Below, in pieces: positions 25,380 through 36,657 of a stretch of 64,000 bases of DNA. The translations under genes were made by a program, and so were the position numbers. Location: contig CP158636.1 in the NCBI GenBank assembly GCA_050273025.1, positions 2,666,001 through 2,730,000 of the forward strand. The letters are read 5' to 3'. The stretch is from Cenococcum geophilum (lineage: Eukaryota). Numbering within the stretch: the stretch's first letter is position 1; every line of letters starts with the position of its first letter. The notes under the pieces were generated by a model. That model searched no databases. It was not told where the DNA came from and saw only the letters and a list, made by a program, of their open reading frames with translations.

Positions 25380-25563
25380 TGTCAGATAACTCATATAGAG
25401 CTATTCATTGATGAAATGGGTTGATTGATTGATGATCTTGATCGTGACTTGATGGTTGCTTGACCTAGGGCCCCTGGGCTTAGACGAAGATATTTACAAT
25501 ACACGTGACCCGTGCACGGACCAGTGCACGTCCTACGCCACCGAGAATACAGATTATCTGACA
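25380..25563 (-). repeat. 5' LTR of Copia B, nearly free of RIP
   Basis: TG...CA ends with a perfect 10-bp terminal inverted repeat; CpA/TpG retained. Confidence 0.95.
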
Positions 25564-25660
25564 GTAGCACGGGCCATCACGGACCTAGTGGAACCATGTG
25601 ACGAGTAGTGCCGACTGTCATAATCCTATCGCTTACGTTAGGAATATATGAATGTAATTA

Positions 25661-25910
25661 CAGGGTATCCGACCTCCGGTGCCCCCCCTGGTGTGCGCGC
25701 GCACACAGCAATTTCGGTAATCACCAGTCAAGTGCACCATCTAGCGTAGATACTGTGCGCTTGCCAAAAGAGCTGTCCACCTGCAAGAGGGGTAAAGCCT
25801 TGAATTTTTAAGCTTAATCACAAGAGTTAAACTTGAAATTCTCTAGCGCGTACGAAGCGAAATTGCTGTGTGTTGCGCGCACACATGGACACCGGAGGTC
25901 GGATACCCTG
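25661..25910. mobile_element. 250-bp MITE (Tc1/mariner-type, TA TSD)
   Basis: Perfect 21-bp TIR CAGGGTATCCGACCTCCGGTG, extending imperfectly to ~55 bp; TA at 25659-60 and 25911-12. Confidence 0.9.
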
Positions 25911-25952
25911 TACTTACTCGTACAACCTCCAAATTTTCATCCACCAGTAGCA

Positions 25953-26612
25953 ATGCCCTCCACAGCAACCTGTTCGGCTTCTTCATGCACTAACGCAGGC
26001 ACTCTTGTCTGCACTGGCTGCACCACTCCAGCATCCCGTTATTGCAGCAAAGAGTGCCAAAAGCGCGATTGGGGATCCCACAAAGCCTGTTGCGCCTCCG
26101 CTCAAAAGAGCAACTGCTATCTCATCCGCGCTACCTCTTCATCCCCTTCGAACCCTACCGCTGACTCGTCCAACTTTGCGGCGCACGTCGAATCCTTCCC
26201 CTTGAATGACTACGGCACCGAGATGGGCGAGAGGGCCGAGCTAAAGAGGAGATTGGGCTGGACCGTGGTAGATGAGGTTGGCAAATTCTACGATCAGAAG
26301 GGCAGCGACACCTGGTACTACTACGTCTACGGGCCTGATCAAGCTTCTAGCGCGAACACACTCACAAAGAACAAAGTGGCTAGCTTGTGCTGTGGCCAGA
26401 TAGTATACGGTGATGTTGTTGTTGTAAGATCGGGACCGGCGGATTCGATCAATATACCCGAGACGTTCACAAAGGCAGAATTTGTAAAGACTCTGGAGTT
26501 TTATCGAACGGAAGATACACGCGAGGTGTTTGTGCTGAGGGAGAAGAGCAGAGCATCAAGGAAATTCGGAATCGATTTGGAGGGAGTGCCGCATATGCAC
26601 ATAGTAGAGTGA
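25953..26612 (+). CDS. MYND-type zinc-finger protein, 219 aa, apparently intronless, with an uncharacterised C-terminal domain
   Basis: First ATG at 25953 (GCAATGC). CSASSC...CTGC...RYCSKECQKRDWGSHKACC fits zf-MYND. Normal GC content, no RIP signature. The track's TTG start at 25833 lies inside the MITE. Confidence 0.85.
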   Translation: MPSTATCSASSCTNAGTLVCTGCTTPASRYCSKECQKRDWGSHKACCASAQKSNCYLIRATSSSPSNPTADSSNFAAHVESFPLNDYGTEMGERAELKRRLGWTVVDEVGKFYDQKGSDTWYYYVYGPDQASSANTLTKNKVASLCCGQIVYGDVVVVRSGPADSINIPETFTKAEFVKTLEFYRTEDTREVFVLREKSRASRKFGIDLEGVPHMHIVE

Positions 26613-26838
26613 GGAAAGGTGTAATTGAGGAACAAATAATAGGGACAGTGTATTCATCGGTCGCTCTCGGCTAAGCCCATTGAAGCATCTTAAGGTGGCA
26701 CTATATAATCCATTCAACATCCAATCAAATCCTATGATAACCTATCATAAGTTATCACGCTACCAATATATCGCCGCTCCTCGCAGCGGGCAACATTTGA
26801 CCCTGCTGCCACTAAAATTGTTTTGGTGGGCAACGATT

Positions 26839-27480
26839 TCATTGGGGTCGTTCACCACCATCGGATTCGCCGTTAATTAGAGTCAAAGCAGGAGGATGGT
26901 CTGTGGAGGTGACATTATTCATCGTTGACGACAACTGCCGACCAAGTTCGGTTTCAATAGCAGGCGGTGTTCGAGGAGACTGCATTTCAGGAGCGGAATA
27001 GCGGATCTTCTTTGAAGGTGTTACTGATTCGACGCGACCACTCCAACGGTTTGGTTGCTTTGACGAAGTTGATTGGGTCGAAGCCGGTGAAAGATACGGG
27101 AGTGGAGAAGAGAGCAAGACGGTTCTCCTTAGTAGTGCGACTCACGACCTTCGCAGTCACGCTGACATATGATCCGGTATTTGGTACTTTGACTTTCTCC
27201 CAACGTTTACCACTGCTGAAATAGCAGATGAGAGAAGTCGAGTGGTGCGGTCTTTGAAGGATCATATACGGAAGTTTGAAGCTCAAAATGACGGAGGCCA
27301 AATCGCTCAACCGGTTCAGCGATGCGATAAGTTAACCAACAGAACCAATCACTGTCAGCATAGGGCACCAGTGCTCCGGTAAATAACGTCGATAGTCGTC
27401 AAAATTAGAGACGTCACTGGTAATGAGGATGTTACTATCATGCGCACATCAATCGCCAGTCATGGAAGGGAATCAATCTT
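26839..27480 (-). pseudogene. Frameshifted/truncated remnant of a hypothetical protein gene
   Basis: Protein-like segments in different minus frames: NFDDYRRYLPEHWCPMLTVIGSV / RFGLRHFELQTSVYDPSKTAPLDFS / ICYFSSGKRWEKVKVPNTGSYVSVTAKVVSRTTKENRLAL / Ser-Pro-rich tail. Introns cannot be excluded. Confidence 0.5.
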
Positions 27481-27804
27481 TTACAAGGTTAACCAGAGCA
27501 GCTACAGTACTCGATGCTGCAATGGCTCTTCAGTTCAAATGAAAAATATGCCTAGGGAAACGTTGGAGGAAGTATTGAAGTTGCGGAACGGGCCTAGTGC
27601 TAGATAGGGATTGTATATATCAACGTTAGAAGGGAGGTTTAGTAAGCTATGGTCGTCCTAATCGTCAATATGGAGAGGTTTAAATTCGGGCAACGGCTAG
27701 GGTTTACGATGAGCTGTTTTCGCCGTCTTATTTAGGGGAACGTTATATTAAGTCTTCTAAACAAAGTCTATATCAATTCTAACACAATTAGAAGGCATAG
27801 TGGC

Positions 27805-27906
27805 TGTAAGAGTACATATATTAGATCCCGCCGCGCTTGCGAACAATATCGCAAGCACTCCGTGTCTTTTTGGCCGAATGGCGACGTTGGGGCGGGAAAC
27901 GTTACA
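27805..27906. mobile_element. 102-bp solo LTR
   Basis: TGTAA...TTACA termini with perfect TSD GTGGC (27800-04 / 27907-11). Confidence 0.8.
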
Positions 27907-28198
27907 GTGGCGGTGTAATTGATAATTGAATTCTATATAGATATACGCGTTGTTTTAAAAACGGTATTCCGTACAGACTACTTACTCTAAGGAACTTAAC
28001 GTGTTAAGGGATAAGTATAGCGGAGAGTAGCGACAAGTTATAGGTAGTTACGATAGCGCAATTAAGGGAAGTAGTAGATCGTATAAACGTTAATTAAGTA
28101 GGCTTTAAAACCAAACTTAACGACTTTAAAGTAATAAAGATTAAGATGCCTTTAATTAAACGATTCTTAGGCGAAAAGTTAAAGCTTAAGGGATTTAT

Positions 28199-31100
28199 TG
28201 TAACGGAACCTTATAGCAAGAACTACGATAGGCTCGTTATTAGGCTAGGTGTGTAGGAAATGTAAGTACAAGAGTCAAGAACGTAATAACAACTGGTGGA
28301 GTAGTTGCCTAATAAATTAACTCTAATTATATTCTAAGAATTACTATAAAGAAGGAACTATCTAGGTAGGGACTAAGGGTCCTTAAATATATAACCGTAC
28401 TCCTATAAAATCCTTCTTATACGTAATATACGTCTTATATATAAGGTACATAAGTTCCTCTTATTCCTCTTATTTAATACGTAGCACATTATATAACCTT
28501 GGTTACTATTCCTCGTTATATAGTTCTACCGGCTCTATCCTAGACTATACCTAAATTAACTAACTAGCTTCTTCCGTCTCTTCTTTAAGTAGTTATAACA
28601 TTATACTTAAAGCGTCCATAACACCATCTCCCTCCTCTTTATCTTTATCTTTAAAGATTTAAAATATCTCTAAGTTATTTACTAGAGGTATAATATCCAT
28701 CTAATTAATTTAGTTAATATTATTGCTTATTATACCTAAAGCAATTTCTTCTTTATACGCCCAATGTCGTGCCCGCACTATTACTGCAATATTATCTCTT
28801 AGTAAGATTATACCGTCTCTATATTCTTATTATTTAAAAAAGGGGTTAGTTTATATTACGTTAGTAAACCTATCTTTACAACAACCGTCCTTTTACTTAG
28901 AGTGTACTAAAGCAAATATTTATTTATCTTATAACATTCGCTCTACTTCTAATACTAAATATACGTAACCTATTACTCTTAATAGTTATCTAGTTCCCTA
29001 ATTAATTTGTCTTAGGGTCTTATATTTAATCTACTACTATACGGCTAAATAGTAAACTGTTATAAGCCCTTACTAAGTTAGAATGTTCCCATGACGCGGA
29101 ATAGAAGGCCCTAAATGCTTAAATTACGGCATCTGCTTATCTACTTTATCTTAAGAAGGTTTATAAAAAGGTTTATTTTAAGGAGTAAAAACTTATAAAA
29201 TAAGGTCTATAGGAACTAGGTAATAAAAGAACGGATTCTCCTCTAATAGAGAAGGAAACAGATTTAAGTAGTTTGGTAACTACTCTTCTTAGGTCCCCCT
29301 TAGGTGACTTATTCTTTAGTAATTCTTTTTTATTAATACTACCTAACCTAATCTCTTCTAATACTCCTATACCTCTCCTATAGCGTTCTTTAAATTCTCT
29401 AGTAGCTCCTAGGTAGTCTTAGTATAGCCTATCTACTTAACTTTATACTATATTTTATTATTAATATCCTTATAATTAACGATCTTTAAAACTTACTATT
29501 TATCTTCTTCTTATCCTCTATACGTGTCTGCTTTATAGACCAGTGGCTTAACATTCCTATATACTAGCTTTAGCATTATAATGTGCTATATAGGGTAGAT
29601 CTTTATTTTAGCTAGTAGGTTTAACTTAAACATAACCTATAAAATCCTCTATATAATTTTAAAAGGTCCTAGTCTAATATAGTCCAATTTCTTACTTAGT
29701 CGTTAACTCTTAAAATTTTTATATAGTAGCCACACTTTATTTCCCTTCTTAAGATCTAGTCCCTTAGATCTCTTAGTATTATAGTACCTTTTTATTCTTT
29801 ACTATACTATCTTAGCTGTCTCTATAAGGTCTATATAAAGATTTATTAAATCCTTTATTCTTTTTTTAGCTATACTACTCGTTTTCTTTACTTACTATAG
29901 TAATAATAATGTTCTTAGCTTATATCCATAATTTGCCTTAAATAGTAATATACCTATTCCTTCTTAAGGTATTATATTATACGCAAACTATATAACTAGT
30001 AATAGCGATACCCAATTGTTCTGTATATAATTAATATAATACCTTAGATATTATTCTAGTGTCTAGTTTAATCTTTCTATTTAACCGTCTATTTGTGGAT
30101 AATATACGGTAGAAGTTGCTACTTAAACTCCTTACTCCGCTAAAAATACTTCCTAAAATACTGCTATAAATCTTAGATCTCTATCTAATATAATTTTACT
30201 TAGTACTCTATATCTTATAAACACTTCTTTAATATAGATTTTAGCAATATCTTCTACTAAGATTTCTTCTATACATGCTATAAAGTATCCCTACTTTATA
30301 AGCTTATCCACTATTACTAAAATCGCGTTATAATCTTATCCGGTAATAGGGTTCTTTAATTTTAATAACTTAATAATAAAGTCCTATAATATAACCTCCT
30401 ATAATCTCTCTAGTATTTTAACAGGTTATAGCCCTCTATATAGCTTATACCTTATCGGTTTATTCCTTTAATAATCTAAATATTCCTTTATAACTTTTCT
30501 AGCTATCCTCTAAATTCCGTTAATAATATATTCCTTCTAAAGTCTTAACACTAAGCCCATAGCCCCATTATATTCTTAAGTTAGTCCCTTATAGAAGTCT
30601 TCTATAAACTACTCTACTATACTTTTTAGGATATACTTTACTTCTCAATTTTTATATATATCCGTCTATAGATCTTCTAGCTATACTTCTAGAATTCTTT
30701 ATACCTAAAAGCTTTCCAGTATCTTGTAGACTTTCTCTAGTTTATTATCTTCTTAAGTTACTATAATTTCCAGATAATTATACCTAATTAATCCGTCTAT
30801 ATCCTTTTACAATAAAGCCCCTAATAGCTTTTCCTTATTTTATAGTTTAGCTTTATGGCTTAGAGCATCTGCCTACGTATTATCTGTACCTTTAGTATAC
30901 TAAATCTTAAAATAGTATTCTGTAAGCATCTCTACCTATCTAACCTATCTTTAGTTAAGTTCCTTTATTATTAGGAATCTTATTAAGTTCTTATAATCCG
31001 TCTTAACTATAAATAGTTTCTCTATGCCTTATAAGAATGCTCTCTATTTCTTTAATACTATAACTATACCTAATAACTCCTTATTATAGATGTTATAGTT

Positions 31101-34100
31101 TAACTCTAGTGGTATTATCTTTTAACTATAGTATACCACTAGGTGCCATCCATCTTAATGCCTTTATATAAAGTACGCCCCTAGTATATAGTCTAATATA
31201 TCTATCTCTATAACCGTCTCTAGTCCTAGTTAATAGATTTTAAGAACTAGCTCCTAGGTAAACAACTCTTTAACTTTCTTAAAGAGTTCTCTTTACTTCT
31301 CTCCCTATGCCTATAGTTCTTCTTTCTTTATTAACCGCGTAAATGGCTTAATATCCTTTAATTACTGCGCTATAAACCTTCTGCAGTAATTGCAAAACCC
31401 TAGGAACAATCTTAACTATATAATGTTTTCTAATTCCTACCAATTTACTATAGCCTTAATCTTCTTTAAATCTATACTAAGTTGGCCTAGTTTAATAATA
31501 AATCTAATAAAATCGGTCTTCCTAGTAAAGAACTCGTATTTCTTAACTGCTACTAGCATTTATTCTTCTTATAGTCTCTTTAAAACCTATTTAACGTATT
31601 CCCTATATTCTTCCTTAGTTATTAAGTAGATAATAATATTATTAAGGTATACTATAATAAATTCATCTAAGTGTTTCCCTAATATATTATTAATATATTT
31701 TTAGAACGTTGCTAGTATATTTATAAGTCCAAATTATATAACTAATGGTTTATATAGTCCTTTCTTTAACCTAAAGGCTGCCTTTTATTTATTACCTTCC
31801 TTAATCCTAATCTAATAGTACGCCTATCTTAGATCTATCTTCGTAAAGATTTACGCACTACCTATCCTATCTTAGATTTTACTAATTAAGAATAAAAGAT
31901 ACTTATCCTTCCTAGTAATACTATTTAACTATCTATAGTTAATACACAGCCTTAGTTTACTATTTTTCTTTAGTACAAATAGTACTAGATAACCCGCTAA
32001 TAACTACAATAGTCTAATATATCCCTTTTATAGATTTTCCTAGATAAACTCTTTTAGCGCTCTACCTTCTTCTTCAGTAAGCTTATAGATTAGAAAAAAC
32101 TTTAGACTTATCCCTAGTTCTAATTCTATCTTATAGTCCCATACTATATATTTTAACAGCTTTTCGCTTTTTAGTAACCATAGTTTTTTACTATACTTAT
32201 AGTATCTCTTTAGTATATAACTTAGTCCTTTTTCTATTTCTTTATAGGTTGCTCTTACTTAGTACCATACCAACTTAGCTTATTATTACATCTTACGGCG
32301 TTAAGTATCTCTAATATCGATCTAACCCGTAATCCAATTAATTCTTAGATTATATTCCTATAACTAAGGCATACCTAATACTGCCTCGTCCTGTCCTAAT
32401 AGTAGGATATTAAAAGATATCTTAATTTATCTTCCTTTAATAGTTATCTAAATAGGTCCTATTTTAAGATTAATAATCCCTCCTTTATAGGTTATTAGAT
32501 CCCCTAAAATTATAACTAATAGGTAAGATTACTCCTTCTATCTATAAGATAGTCCTATTCTCTTAACTACTACTAGTAAGATATAGTTTCGCGTTACTCT
32601 ACTATCTATTAGCGCTTTAAATTACTAATCCTACTAATTAATTTATAAATTTAGGTGTTATCCTTAAATTCCTTTAAGGGTCTAAGGCTTTACCACTAGC
32701 TCCCTCTAGTCCTGTAGGCCTCTACTTTTCTTAACTATTAGCTGCTTAATCCTAGTATACTTAGCTTACTCTTTAGCTAATACCTAGTTTACTTTTTATC
32801 TTTAATATGCCATAGATACGTATTTTCTAGGCATTCCTACTACTATTATCCGTCTAAGCATTCTTCCGTAAAGAATCTTCCTAGTTAAAGTACTACACTT
32901 TCTTTCTCTTAAACCTCTACTAGATGCCATCTATATATATATTTAGCATTCCTATACTATTACTTATCCGTTATCTAGTATATTCTTATAAAGTATTTCC
33001 AATTCTTTTCCTTTGGATTCTTATATATTTTATATATATCATCTACACACGCAATTTATAATAACGTATAGTATACTAGGTGCTTTAGGTTAACTCTTAG
33101 CTCGTCTTTATCCCTAAGTTTAAACCTTTATTATACTAATCTAAATGTTATAACTTTATTTATAGGTACTAAGATACATCTCTCGCTTCTCTAGTCCTCT
33201 AAACGTTCCTTTAGATCCTTTAACATTATAATTAAGGCTCCTTTAATATACGTTATGGCCTTCTCTATAATCGGGTAGTTTTAAATAACTTTTTTATCCA
33301 ACCACATATAGAAATCTTCCCACTTATTATTATGCCTTTGCCTATACCACTTTTAGTATAACTACTAGAGTATATACAGTCTGTCCGTAAAGAAGTATCT
33401 TCTTATTACTATATTGTAACAGCCCTTTATATATTATTCTTTAAACCTAGTTAGAATCCCTAGATCCTCTTTATTTTCCAGTTTAATAAGCCACTTAGCT
33501 CTTAGTATGCCTACTCTTAGCCTATTAGTAATTCTTTATATTAGTGCTCTATCCTTTATATATCTCAATATACTAGATCTCTTATCTAGTTTCTATTCTT
33601 ACCATACGATAATTCTTTGCCTAAACTCTTTTATAGTTTCTTTTAGTTTACGCCTTACGCCCTAATCCTTAAAGTTGTCTTACTTCTTAATCCTAGTATT
33701 AAACTTTTAATCTTTAGGCTAAACACTATATTCCCCTAGTAAGTCTTCTGGGTCTATATATCTATCTCCTAGTCTAACTACTGTTTATATTACAGATTCT
33801 CTAATCTATAAAGAAGCTCCTTACCTCTTATCTATAGGTGCCCTTATTTATACTCTAAAATCTTAGTCCCTTAAATTCTTTAATCCTAAGCTTGCTTCTA
33901 ACTTAAGCTTAGCTCCCGCTTTAGTTTAACTAGGCGTCTATAGTGTTCTTATCTTATCTTAAGAGTCTTAAATCTCACTTATCTTGTCTTAAGAGTCTTA
34001 TATCTATAAAAAACTTTATCCTAAGCTTATTCATATATTTCTAAACTAAGCTACTGCCCTACTCCATTAGTTTTCGTCCGTTATAGGTCCTAGGGTATAC

Positions 34101-36149
34101 CTTATCTTATCTTAAGAATCTTAGTTGTTTCTTATCTCGTCTTAAGAATCTTAAGCCTTTGGCCTTTTGCCTTTATTAAGTGCCAAAGTGGTTTACTATT
34201 CTACTTCTCTTGCGTCTTATAAAGCGATAGATATTGTATCTAGTAGGGTTTTAATCCCTACTAATATTCCTTATTCTATAGTAGAATTATCCTCTACCTC
34301 TAGTATAACATCTTTAAAGTCTACTTACTCCTAGTAAGCGGCCCTTATTGCCTTATCGTCACGGAATGTTTCACTTAAATTAAATTTATCGTCCTTAATA
34401 TCCGATCTGCGAACTAGTTTATTAATTCCTCTATATCCTATAGGTGCTAGCTCTTATAGCTAATAGCTTACGCCATACTTAGCGTCCTTATAAATTCAGT
34501 ATACATTATTATAACAAAACGCAAAACTTTTAATTAAATACTCTTTTGTTCCTCACAGCATATTATTATCCCTCTATATATATATATCGTCTACTAGTCT
34601 CATGCCCTTTACTATATAGTAACTCTACCTACTTTTATAGTCTCTGACGTAATAACCCTGTTTTCCGCAATTTATATAAGCTCCTTTTTTAAACCATTTC
34701 TCTTGCTATAGAGTCCGCCTAAATATCTTCTACTATTAAAATCCCTAATTTGGCCTTTACTCCTTAGACCTTTAATCGCTTAATCCTTATTCTCTAGGTT
34801 TCTATAGTTTGCTCCATCTCTTATAGGCTTCTTTAATACCACTTAGGTCTATTAGCTCTACGCCATACCATAGTTTCTAACTTAGCTTTTATTATTATGT
34901 ATTTTGCGCCTTATATAACTATAGAACTCTATCCTAGCTTTTTTTAGCCTATTCCCTTTAATAGATCTAATTATTAATCTTAATTACCTAATCTATTAGT
35001 TCCCTTAGGGTATCCACATCTTCTATTAGAATAATTACGTCCTAAACTTTAGCCTTAAGTCCCTATTTATACTATACCATAAGCGCCCTATTATTCTACT
35101 TTACTTATATTACTAGCATCTAAAACTATATTATATACTTAATTACTAAAGTTTATTACACAAGGTTCTAGAGTTTTCTTTTTACTATAGTTATTTCTTC
35201 CGGGTCTCTAAACATCTGCGTAAGTCGTTCTATAAATCCTTCCTAACTTAAGAATATAAATCGCACATCTTAGTTAGTGGTTATCATTCTATTTACCTAT
35301 ATTTCCGTAAGGTAAGGTTTAAACCACTTAAGTGCTTTTCCTAATAAGAATAGTCCTATATAGGCTATCTAATCTATAGGTATAAGTAACTTTACTCCCT
35401 CCTATAAGACCTTAAAGTGCATTTACATAAGAAATCCTTTAAGCTTTAACCTCTCTCCTATAAATCTCTTAATTAATAGTAGCTTAATCTTTACTGCTCC
35501 TATCCCATTAAGTCTTTCTTCTAACACTATATTATTAGCTATTAGCTAGTTAACTATTTCCTATAGCTGTCCGACCGTTACAGGTTACTATAAGTTAGTA
35601 TCTGCTATACTAGTATCACCTCCTATTCCTAAAGTAGTTGCTGCCGTCAATAGCATTATAGTGGCTGCTTTTAGTGGCATGTTATTTAACTTCTTATATT
35701 AATACTATAACTAGGTAGTGATTGTATAACGGAATCTTGTAGCAAGAACTACGATAGGCTCGTTATTAGGCTAGGTGTGTAAAAAATATAAGTATAAAAG
35801 TTAAGAACGTAATAACAACTAGTGGAGTAGTTACCTAACAGATTAACTCTAATTATATTCTAAGAATTACTATAAAGAAGGAACTATCTAGGTAGGGACT
35901 AAGGGTCCTTAAATACATAACCGTACTCCTATAAAATCCTTCTTATATATAATATACGTCTTATACATAAGGTATATAAGTTCCTTTCATTCCTCTCGTT
36001 TAATATGTAGCACATTATGTGACCTTAGTTACTATTCCTCATCACATAGTTCTACCGGCTCCATCCTAAACCGTGCCTAAATCAACCAACTAGCTTCTTC
36101 CGTCTCTTCTCCAAGTAGTCGTAACATCGTACTTAAAGCGTCCGTAACA
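28199..36149 (-). mobile_element. Ty3/Gypsy chromovirus D1, full length, RIP-inactivated
   Basis: 425-bp LTRs 28199-28623 and 35725-36149; TSD TTTAT (28194-98 / 36150-54); PPT at 28624-28640; RT VYLNNI at ~31635-31655 (minus). Confidence 0.95.
28723..29330 (+). pseudogene. Antisense ORF of D1 with a RIP-masked Zn(II)2Cys6-like motif
   Basis: YSYY-LKKGLV-Y-x13-YLEC-x8-Y gives Cx2Cx6Cx13Cx2Cx8C if TAY codons derive from TGY. The D2 copy keeps Cys5 and Cys6 (ECT...SSC). 3' limit is approximate. Confidence 0.6.
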
Positions 36150-36657
36150 TTTATTATATAGATAAAACTTAAGATACGATATAAAGGAACTAAGCTATCT
36201 ACCTTAGCGGATTAGGTCGCATACGTAGGGTTATTCTTAATAGGACGGACTTTAAAATGGTTAAACCCCTACCTTATAAAGATATAAGGTAATAGGTTAG
36301 CTACTACTAATCTATAAGTTTAATATATATTCTTAATATAGGAAGGATTTATAAATAGATTTATATAAATATATAGAGATTTGGAATTAATAGTAATAGT
36401 AAAACGGAAATTATATAAATTAATATAATAAGCATCGGTAATAGACTATATAATGTAGTTCTAAACGTTAGTAGTATAGACTAACTAAAACAAAGGGGTA
36501 TTAATAATATAATACTAATACGGACTAAAAGTAAAAGTCTAAACTGTTATAATACCTATAGAAGATACGAAAACTATAAGGGAATTAATTAATTAAGTAA
36601 TTAGAGTAGATAATAGACTCTATTAGGCTAATAATAGTATTAAAAGTATAGGGAAAC

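Larger units (their letters stand above)
11230..25563 (-). mobile_element. Ty1/Copia B, upstream full-length unit, interrupted by Copia C and a TIR element
   Basis: LTRs 11230-11413 and 25380-25563 (TGTCAGATAA...TTATCTGACA). Minus-strand order gag-PR-IN-RT-RH, with RT FFYVNNI (=YVDDI) at ~12670-12692. Sequence resumes exactly across both insertions. Confidence 0.93.
27912..36657 (+). mobile_element. Gypsy E gag fragment (relative of the D family), split by D1 and ended by A2
   Basis: KIKMPLIKRFLGEKLKLKGF at ~28138-28198 continues after the D1 TSD at 36155-36657; similar to D gag (42390 onward). No LTR of its own was identified. Confidence 0.75.

Noticed and set aside
25833..25952. 40-aa N-terminal extension of the MYND ORF
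   Set aside because: It starts at TTG inside the MITE; the first ATG is at 25953.
25564..27800. Starship or other giant-element cargo explanation for the gene island
   Set aside because: No tyrosine recombinase (captain) gene or element boundaries are visible in this window.
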